Of a stretch of DNA of 32,000 nt, positions 25,440 to 32,000 are shown one piece after another. The translations under genes and the position numbers were made by a program. Positions within the stretch are counted from its first letter, which is position 1. Each line of letters begins with the position of its first letter. The stretch is from Candidatus Thorarchaeota archaeon. Its GTDB lineage: Archaea; Asgardarchaeota; Thorarchaeia; Thorarchaeales; Thorarchaeaceae. Under the pieces are notes generated by a model, which was not told the origin of the DNA, did no database searches, and worked only from the letters and a program-made list of their open reading frames with translations. The stretch is from positions 1,140-33,139 of the forward strand of contig PRDJ01000078.1 in NCBI GenBank assembly GCA_003345555.1. The letters are read 5' to 3'.

Positions 25440-28400
25440 ATGAGGAGACTGAAAGCCCTTTTCCTGGTAGCAATCATCGCCATGATTGCCGTTGTTTCTA
25501 TCAGTTGGATCTACGGATGGTTTCTTGGTCAGACAATATATCGTAGCATGTATTCAAGCAAGGCCGGTGTAGACTACTGGGCAACATGGACTCTCGAGAA
25601 CAACATATTCACAGCGTCTGCACTCCTCACTCTTCTCAGCATGATCACGATACCTCAACGCAGTACTCTCCTCTCATTCTTGGGCACTCTTTCTCAATTT
25701 GGGCCGGTCGCTCGGAAGCTCCCATTGCCTAGAGCTATTGCGTGGAGAATCGTTGAGATCCTTGGGCTCTTCGCATTCTATATCTCGTCGGGTGGTTATT
25801 CGGTCACAGGACAGAACGTGGCATTCCTGATGATGCTCATAGGTCATGGATCGATTTCCATCACCCCGGCAGACATCAGTACTCTATTCGCTTTGCCGTT
25901 CGCACCGGGTACGTCTGCCTCTTCGGTTGTCAGTCTTGTACCTGCGATGGAAGCATACCAGCTGTATGTGGGCCTTCTTGCCACTTTTCTGGCCGCCACT
26001 GCAGTCAGAGTGGCTCTTAGCATTGCGACAGAATTGATGGTTCAGAGGCGTGATATACTAATCATATTCGCCAAAGTGCTTATGATAGGAGCTCTTGCTT
26101 TGGGCATCTCTATAATGGGTGTACCCACTTGGACCGTGAACGCTGGAACTTGGATGACCTACTTGGCCTACATCGTAGCTCTGGCATCTTGCATAATGGG
26201 CGCCATCCTAGTCTTGGCATTCCGTGTCCACTCTGGGGACGTGCAAACTAGAGTTAGAGGCAAGATTGCGCAGCTTGAGGAAGACTTGGCCCGAATGCAG
26301 GGAGAGCTGCTATCACTTCGTCAGGAGTATGAGAGCGGCACAATTACAGTCGACGACTATCGCCGCAGGGTCAATATGCTCATGGAAGATAGGTCCAACA
26401 TAGCAGGCGAACTTAGGCGTCTGAAAGTAGAGCGGCTCATCCCAATTGGTGGGTCTCCAAGGAAATTCGGGGTTCTCGCACTGGCACTGGTCGTGATTGT
26501 CGTTATGCTGCCTGCTACCCAAGCTTTCTACTATGGCATCCAGATGTCGGGTGACAGGTACATTGACTGGAAGTTCAACTATGAGACCACGAAGGAGATT
26601 GAGATCACTACGTGGGCTGCAGGTATCCAGGGACTGACGACGGAAACTCTCCAAGACCTCACTCTCAACGCAACTCCTCAGGGCGAAGTTGAGTATCTTA
26701 CTACTGTAAGGCAATGGGATCAAGACGCTAGCTACCTTCGCATGAAGAATCAGATAGGCACCAACTGGATGCAGCTCGCGGATTCCGACATCGTCTTTCT
26801 CAAGGAACATGAATATTGGTTTGCACCCTTGACCCTCGACTATAATACCGTATCTACCAGCTTCATCAATCATCGATTGATTTACACTCACACAGAAGGT
26901 CTGGTTGTTCAGGACGCCTACACCGGAGACATTGTAGATCATACAGACCTCATGACTCTGCTGAACCGCAGCGAGACCATAGACACCTACTACGGCGAAG
27001 GGACAGGTTTCAGTGGTCCTGTGTTTGTAGATGTCCCAGGCATTGAAGAAGTCGGGAACGTTACATTCCAAGGACAGCCAGACTACACACTGACAGGCTT
27101 CGAGTCCAGCTTCTTCATTCTCTCCATGGGCCCTGAAGCATGGTCGTTTGCAGGGCAAAGCCTCGATATGCTCTTGGAGCGGAGCGTGCAGTCAAGAGTC
27201 GCCAGTATAATGCTCCAAGGGCTGACAGTCGACCAAGACGCATACATAGTTGTGGACCCGTCTGGAAACCTCTACTACGCTGTGTCCGTTTTCATAGACT
27301 ATCGGTTGTCAACGGGTTATGCTCACGAGAACTACATGAGATTCATGGGCGTAGTTCTCGTTGACATTGAGACAGGTACCCTAGGCTTCTACAAGTCACC
27401 AACCGCCAATTCCAGTTTCTTCATCGACAAGACCTTTGACGAATACTATCCTTGGCAAGACATGCCTGCTTGGTTGCAGTCACAGGCTCGATGGCCTGAA
27501 GACCTCTATGAGCGCCAGCTAAGCATAGCTTACATATACCATGTCAGGGACGGCTTCGTATGGAGGAGCGGCGTAGATTTCTTTGAGGCTCCTGGAGAGT
27601 CGGACACACGATACATCATCATGCGCATTGGAGGAGTCGATCGGTTCGTTGCAATCCATAATGTTGAGTTCCTTCAATCTCCTGGGAGGAACCTTGCAGG
27701 GCTGTACGTAATGGGATGTGGCAATCGGGATTTTGGTCAGTTGAGATTCTATGGTTCTGGAGAGATTGGTGTATCGACTTATCTGGGGCCTGAGGCCGCA
27801 CGTCAGGCATTTGAGACAAGCGACAAGGTCCGCACACAGCTCAGTCTGTGGGGAGAGCACAGGTATGGCAACATACTGCTCTACCACCTTGGAGGTCAAC
27901 TCTTCTTTGTGATTCCAGTCTTTCTGCAAGTCGAGACAACTGGTGCTAAGGTCATCGAGAAACTGGGTGGAGTAGGTCTTGTTGATGCTCAGACCGGTGC
28001 ACGAGTTGCACTGGGCTCGAATGTTGTAGAAGCCTACTATGAGATGTTCGGCCTGTTGAACAGAACTGTTGTTGAAACGGGGCAAGTCGGATTCGAGAGC
28101 GCTATCTTCAGTCCAACTTCCATTGTTTCTGGTTCGTCAACCAGTCTTCTCACATTGATGAAGAACAATGACAATGTGACCCACAGTCTGAGTCTCGATA
28201 TTGTCATATTGGCTGGCAACTTCACAGTCGAATGGCACGGGGCGAATGTAACCCCAACAGCCTATCCCGCGAATTCTACCTTCAGTCTGTCAATCGGCAA
28301 CCTAGGCCCAGGGGACTCGTACGGCACTTCACCGACGGTCACTGTCTATCTCCCGCCTGGAATTGTGTTTGCAACGTACCTCGTCCTAATCGTGCTTAGG

Positions 28401-28451
28401 ACTGAAGGAGGAGCGGTCGATCAGATGAGCCTCTTCCTGACAGTAACCTAA
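25440..28451 (+). CDS. UPF0182 (COG1615) family membrane protein
   Basis: 1003 aa; N-terminal TM bundle, then VRQWD, NHRLIYTH, YYGE, NYMR, WPEDLYERQ, RNL, GP and QLSLWG...GNIL segments, which parallel the conserved blocks of UPF0182 proteins. Confidence 0.8.
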   Translation: MRRLKALFLVAIIAMIAVVSISWIYGWFLGQTIYRSMYSSKAGVDYWATWTLENNIFTASALLTLLSMITIPQRSTLLSFLGTLSQFGPVARKLPLPRAIAWRIVEILGLFAFYISSGGYSVTGQNVAFLMMLIGHGSISITPADISTLFALPFAPGTSASSVVSLVPAMEAYQLYVGLLATFLAATAVRVALSIATELMVQRRDILIIFAKVLMIGALALGISIMGVPTWTVNAGTWMTYLAYIVALASCIMGAILVLAFRVHSGDVQTRVRGKIAQLEEDLARMQGELLSLRQEYESGTITVDDYRRRVNMLMEDRSNIAGELRRLKVERLIPIGGSPRKFGVLALALVVIVVMLPATQAFYYGIQMSGDRYIDWKFNYETTKEIEITTWAAGIQGLTTETLQDLTLNATPQGEVEYLTTVRQWDQDASYLRMKNQIGTNWMQLADSDIVFLKEHEYWFAPLTLDYNTVSTSFINHRLIYTHTEGLVVQDAYTGDIVDHTDLMTLLNRSETIDTYYGEGTGFSGPVFVDVPGIEEVGNVTFQGQPDYTLTGFESSFFILSMGPEAWSFAGQSLDMLLERSVQSRVASIMLQGLTVDQDAYIVVDPSGNLYYAVSVFIDYRLSTGYAHENYMRFMGVVLVDIETGTLGFYKSPTANSSFFIDKTFDEYYPWQDMPAWLQSQARWPEDLYERQLSIAYIYHVRDGFVWRSGVDFFEAPGESDTRYIIMRIGGVDRFVAIHNVEFLQSPGRNLAGLYVMGCGNRDFGQLRFYGSGEIGVSTYLGPEAARQAFETSDKVRTQLSLWGEHRYGNILLYHLGGQLFFVIPVFLQVETTGAKVIEKLGGVGLVDAQTGARVALGSNVVEAYYEMFGLLNRTVVETGQVGFESAIFSPTSIVSGSSTSLLTLMKNNDNVTHSLSLDIVILAGNFTVEWHGANVTPTAYPANSTFSLSIGNLGPGDSYGTSPTVTVYLPPGIVFATYLVLIVLRTEGGAVDQMSLFLTVT

Positions 28452-29398
28452 GGCGAACAGCTCTCTAACTGATGCCACTCTACAGTCCGTCTGAGTCCGT
28501 CGTTGAGACTGACTTGTGGTTTGAAGCGAAGCAATCTTCGGGCCTTGCTCATCGAGCCGATACTATCGCGGAGGTCGCCCTTCCTTTCGGGCAGATGAAC
28601 AATGCGCGAGGACGTCTGTCCGACAGCCGACAATACCGCCTGTGCTACTTGTAGCACGCTGATTGCCTCTGATCCGGAGATGTTAATCGTCTCTCCCCTT
28701 GCTCGATTGGCTTCTGATGCCAGATACGTTGCTCTCACAACGTCATCAACGTAGATGAAGTTACGAGTCTGCTTGCCGTCTCCCTCTACAGTAATTGGCT
28801 CGCTATTTAGCGCCTGATTGATGAATATTGAAAGCACTCCGCTGTATTCTGAGCATGTCTGTCGAGGGCCGTAAACATTGAAGTATCGTAGTATGACCGG
28901 CTCTATCCCGTAGGAGTTGCCATACGCCACGAGGTATTCTTCAGCAGATATCTTGGACGCTGCGTAGGGGCTCTGTGGATTCAACGGGCTCTCCTCATTC
29001 ACGGGAAGGCTGGAAGGATTGCCATATACTGCCGCGCTCGAGCTCAGTACCACACGCTTTGCGTCTCTGATTCGAGCCAACTCCAGTACATTCAGCGTTC
29101 CATCAACATTGTTCCTGTGGACCAGCGCAGGGTTCTCTACAGACAGCTTGACTGACGAAACGGCCGCCAAGTGGAAGATGGTGTCGTATGTCTCGGCTAC
29201 TCGCTGCAGAAGCGACGAATCACAGATGTCCATCTCAAGAAGGACGAATCTGGGGTTGGCAAGTGCACTTGCGAGGTTGTTTCTCTTACCCGTACGGAAG
29301 TTGTCGATACCAGTGACGGTCGCACCCTTGCTTAACAGGAAATCGACTAGATGACTTCCTATGAAACCTGCACAACCTGTTACAAGAACGCTCGTCAT
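28448..29398 (-). CDS. Extended SDR, UDP-Glc(NAc)/HexNAcA 4-epimerase-like (GalE/WbpP group)
   Basis: 316 aa; TGCAGFIG, HLAAVSSV, SSSAAVYG, SPYAASK, LRYFNVYGPRQ, YSGV; GAGGAG upstream; overlaps the UPF0182 stop by 4 bp. Confidence 0.9.
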   Translation of the reverse strand: MTSVLVTGCAGFIGSHLVDFLLSKGATVTGIDNFRTGKRNNLASALANPRFVLLEMDICDSSLLQRVAETYDTIFHLAAVSSVKLSVENPALVHRNNVDGTLNVLELARIRDAKRVVLSSSAAVYGNPSSLPVNEESPLNPQSPYAASKISAEEYLVAYGNSYGIEPVILRYFNVYGPRQTCSEYSGVLSIFINQALNSEPITVEGDGKQTRNFIYVDDVVRATYLASEANRARGETINISGSEAISVLQVAQAVLSAVGQTSSRIVHLPERKGDLRDSIGSMSKARRLLRFKPQVSLNDGLRRTVEWHQLESCSP

Positions 29399-29501
29399 TC
29401 TTGCTCCTCGCCAATCTTGTCGATGAAATACATGCTTTATGGTTTTACTAAGGGCTTCGTCAGTGTCTTAGCTACTCGTCAGCGCGAGAGACGGTAGTGG
29501 T

Positions 29502-29509
29502 CTTATAAC
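29502..29509 (+). promoter_or_regulatory. Candidate TATA box (CTTATAAC) for the geranylgeranyl reductase gene
   Basis: Lies in the 165-bp divergent gap, about 55 nt upstream of ATG 29564. Confidence 0.4.
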
Positions 29510-29563
29510 TGATTTATCAACTGGTTTGGCGAGTCACTTGGTGCCTCAATTCAGGAGCCTACA

Positions 29564-30766
29564 ATGATGTCGAGTCTGAATGCTGACGTTGTCGTGGTTG
29601 GTGCTGGCCCGGCAGGATCGACTGCCGCCAAGATCGCCGCTTCAAACGGGCTGAAGACAATCATTGTCGAAAGGCGCGCGCATGTCGGACTTCCCGTTCA
29701 ATGTGGCGAGTTTGTGCCGAGCCCGGGAGAGATGAAGGATCTGTTTCCTAGGTGTCCCAGAGGTGCACAGCTCGTCGATATTCCAAACCGTTTCATCACA
29801 AACAGGTGTTCCCGAATCCGTCTCGTATCGCCCCGCTGTAGTCAGTTTGAATTCGGCTTGATGGCAAACATCATAGACCGCGCTCGTTATGACTCTTGGC
29901 TTGCTTCCGAAGCACAGAGGCAAGGAGCGGAGCTACTACTGAACTCGATTGCCTTGGGTATGAAAAGTCCGAACGAAGTGGTATTCAGAGACAAAGATGG
30001 GACCCATTCCCTAATAGCAAAGGTAATAGTGGGCGCTGACGGTCCCAGCTCCTGCATAGCAAGCTCACTGGGTCATGAATACATGACGGATTCAAAAGAC
30101 CTGAGCCTTTCTCTGCAGTATGTGATGAAAGACATGGACTGCGAGGATGATAAGATTGAGATGTATTTTGGCGGTCAAATCGCCCCCGGAGGCTATGCTT
30201 GGATAATTCCAAAGGGCAATTCGGTGGCCAATGTTGGTCTCGGCATCAGAAGCCAGTTTTGCCCCGATAAGAAGAATCTCAGAACATACTTGGATGGTTT
30301 CATTCATGGACATCCACTTGCGCGGCTAAGAACGGGACAGGCTACGACTATCAGCAAAGTTGCTGCCCTAATACCAGTCGGTGGGCCGGTCAGCAAGAGC
30401 TGGGCGGAAAACGTAATCCTTGCTGGAGATGCCGCAGGTCACGTCATGGCATGTAATGGTGGTGGAATACCGACCGCACTTGTTGACGGTGAGGTAGCTG
30501 GGCAGGCCGCGGTCAAGCACGTCTTTGAAGGTATTCCTCTCTCGTGGTACGAAGATACTTGGCAATTGGAGATTGGCACCGAGCTCAAGACAGCCCTTAC
30601 GATTCTGCACATAGCTGATCAGGTTATGCCGTCTGACATGGTCACCGACACTTGTATGCGCCTGGCAGGATCGCGGTTCTTGGAGCCTCTAATCCGGTGT
30701 CGTCTGCCGCTTCCCGTGGATTTGGCTGCTCGGACACTCGTGAGGCTGTTGAGAGCAATCACATAG
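29564..30766 (+). CDS. Geranylgeranyl reductase family FAD oxidoreductase (digeranylgeranylglycerophospholipid reductase-like)
   Basis: 400 aa; VVGAGPAGS, PVQCGE, R-x2-YD-x2-LA, GADG, PGGYAWIIP (YxWxFP-like), GDAAG, GGGI; AGGAG upstream. Confidence 0.9.
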   Translation: MMSSLNADVVVVGAGPAGSTAAKIAASNGLKTIIVERRAHVGLPVQCGEFVPSPGEMKDLFPRCPRGAQLVDIPNRFITNRCSRIRLVSPRCSQFEFGLMANIIDRARYDSWLASEAQRQGAELLLNSIALGMKSPNEVVFRDKDGTHSLIAKVIVGADGPSSCIASSLGHEYMTDSKDLSLSLQYVMKDMDCEDDKIEMYFGGQIAPGGYAWIIPKGNSVANVGLGIRSQFCPDKKNLRTYLDGFIHGHPLARLRTGQATTISKVAALIPVGGPVSKSWAENVILAGDAAGHVMACNGGGIPTALVDGEVAGQAAVKHVFEGIPLSWYEDTWQLEIGTELKTALTILHIADQVMPSDMVTDTCMRLAGSRFLEPLIRCRLPLPVDLAARTLVRLLRAIT

Positions 30767-30794
30767 TGGGATGGCCTAGACGCTCAGAGGTTTC

Positions 30795-31751
30795 TCAGTA
30801 GTCTCTCTGTAGGACGGAATCGGCCAACTCTTCCAAGAGACTCTGATTAGGAAATCGCTCGCGTTGCAGAGCCACCTTGGCAGATTGAACATAATCCTCG
30901 GCAGTCTTCATTGCAGCTTCGATTGCACCTGTCTCCCGAATGAGATCTAGAGCACAGTCAATGGAACCTTTTGAAAGCGCATCCAAGCATTCGGTACGTC
31001 TTTCTCTCGAGCATGACTCTAGCGCGACAATCAGCGGGTAATTGCTCCGAATCCATCTCAGGTCGGAGCGCACCGACTTGCCGGTGACCTCTCTGCTTGA
31101 AGTGATATCCATGACGTCGTCACGTATTTGGAAGGCTATTCCAAGGGATTCGGCATATTGACCAAGTACTTCCTGCTGAGCTTCAGTGCCTTTTCCTGTC
31201 ATAGAACCAATCTTCGTTGATGCGTCTATGAACGCAACAGTCTTTCTCTTCACTGTGTCAATGTACCTCTCAAGACTGAGATCCTCGTCGGCTTTCTTCT
31301 CTGTGAGGACATCGAGTGCTTCTCCTTCACACATGTCCACACCGGCTGCACCAACGTGTCGGAGAAGCTCTGTCGTTCCGTACTGGCCAACCATCCATAC
31401 TCCCTGAGCAATCAGCAAATCAGCGGCAAGCAAAGCCAGGTTATTTCCATATTTCTTGTGAACAGTCTCAACACCACGCCTGTAATCGTCACAGTCCATC
31501 ATATCGTCGCGAATGAGACTGGCTGTTTGTATCAGTTCAGCAGCCACAGTTATTGGCAGCACCTCTTCTATCTTGCCGCCAACTGCTTCGCAACTTAGCA
31601 ATATAAGCAACGATCTCAGTCTCTTGCCACCAGCCCGAATGAGATGATATGCGGCCTCGTACAGGATGGGCGGCTCCCCGGAGTTTGCGAGCAGATGCCT
31701 GTCAATCTCTCGGTTAATCAGGTTCATACGATCCACGATTTCAGAAGACAA
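30795..31751 (-). CDS. Trans-isoprenyl diphosphate synthase (polyprenyl synthetase family)
   Basis: 318 aa; GGKRLR, first Asp-rich motif DDMMD-x4-RRG, KT, second Asp-rich motif FQIRDDVMD; TTG start, alternative ATG at 31727. Confidence 0.9.
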   Translation of the reverse strand: MSSEIVDRMNLINREIDRHLLANSGEPPILYEAAYHLIRAGGKRLRSLLILLSCEAVGGKIEEVLPITVAAELIQTASLIRDDMMDCDDYRRGVETVHKKYGNNLALLAADLLIAQGVWMVGQYGTTELLRHVGAAGVDMCEGEALDVLTEKKADEDLSLERYIDTVKRKTVAFIDASTKIGSMTGKGTEAQQEVLGQYAESLGIAFQIRDDVMDITSSREVTGKSVRSDLRWIRSNYPLIVALESCSRERRTECLDALSKGSIDCALDLIRETGAIEAAMKTAEDYVQSAKVALQRERFPNQSLLEELADSVLQRDY

Positions 31752-32000
31752 TTTGCCCGACTATACCGGCCTAGTCTCAGGTTGATTCGCCTTTACAATC
31801 GCCAAGCTTCTTGGATCACAACGGACATTGGTCTCAGACAGAACGGTGTCCTTTCGTCTGGGATGGCTTCGCTTGGACAAACTGTATCTCCTCCGTTCGA
31901 TGGCTTATTGATAGATGTATCCATATTAGCACTTCTGTTCCGACTGTTCCTTCGGCAGCTTGCTCAGTCGCGTAGAAATAGGACTGGAGGCAGAGACACT

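Noticed and set aside
26313-28085. Long antisense ORFs (281 aa at 26313-27158, 188 aa at 27519-28085), plus similar ones at 968-1483 and 24821-25285
   Set aside because: They lie wholly opposite well-supported genes and have no recognisable motifs; they look like shadow ORFs.
31752-32000. Possible partial gene at the window end (plus-strand ATG 31863 open to the edge, or a minus-strand C-terminus ending ...EQSEQKC)
   Set aside because: It is too short to choose between frames; flanking sequence is needed.
1-32000. CRISPR arrays, IS elements, integrases, rRNA or tRNA genes, defence systems
   Set aside because: I saw no regularly spaced repeats, transposase or recombinase motifs, or RNA gene signatures on manual reading; tRNAscan-SE and Infernal would confirm.

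Overview
Gene-dense archaeal chromosomal segment: archaeal-type phosphoglycerate mutase, geranylgeranyl reductase, TATA-like boxes and GGTGA/GGAGG ribosome-binding sites. An Asgard (Thorarchaeia-like) origin is my inference and cannot be proven from this window. Bases 1-18570 are a surface-glycan cluster with frequent strand switches: four GT4 glycosyltransferases (one truncated by the window edge and missed by the ORF track), two Wzx/MOP flippases, two large GT-C-like membrane proteins, three extended-SDR epimerases, a DegT aminotransferase and a WecD-like GNAT acetyltransferase. A lower-glycolysis trio follows (pyk divergent from eno-apgM). After that come a UDP-HexNAc 6-dehydrogenase, a Cys-rich 4Fe-4S protein, a 1003-aa UPF0182 membrane protein, a fourth SDR epimerase, a geranylgeranyl reductase and a trans-prenyl diphosphate synthase. 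I saw no rRNA, tRNA, CRISPR array, transposase or integrase. Best leads: (i) a WbmF/GME-like Cys-containing epimerase that, with the dehydrogenase, could make an L-hexosaminuronate; (ii) an enolase with eukaryote-like motifs outside the usual archaeal gene context; (iii) a prenyl synthase with long-chain signature residues; (iv) mutually exclusive inverted repeats over the pyk stop codon; (v) a UPF0182 protein with a SHOCT-like insert and an Ig-like, sequon-rich tail. Family assignments come from motif recognition only; no database searches were run.
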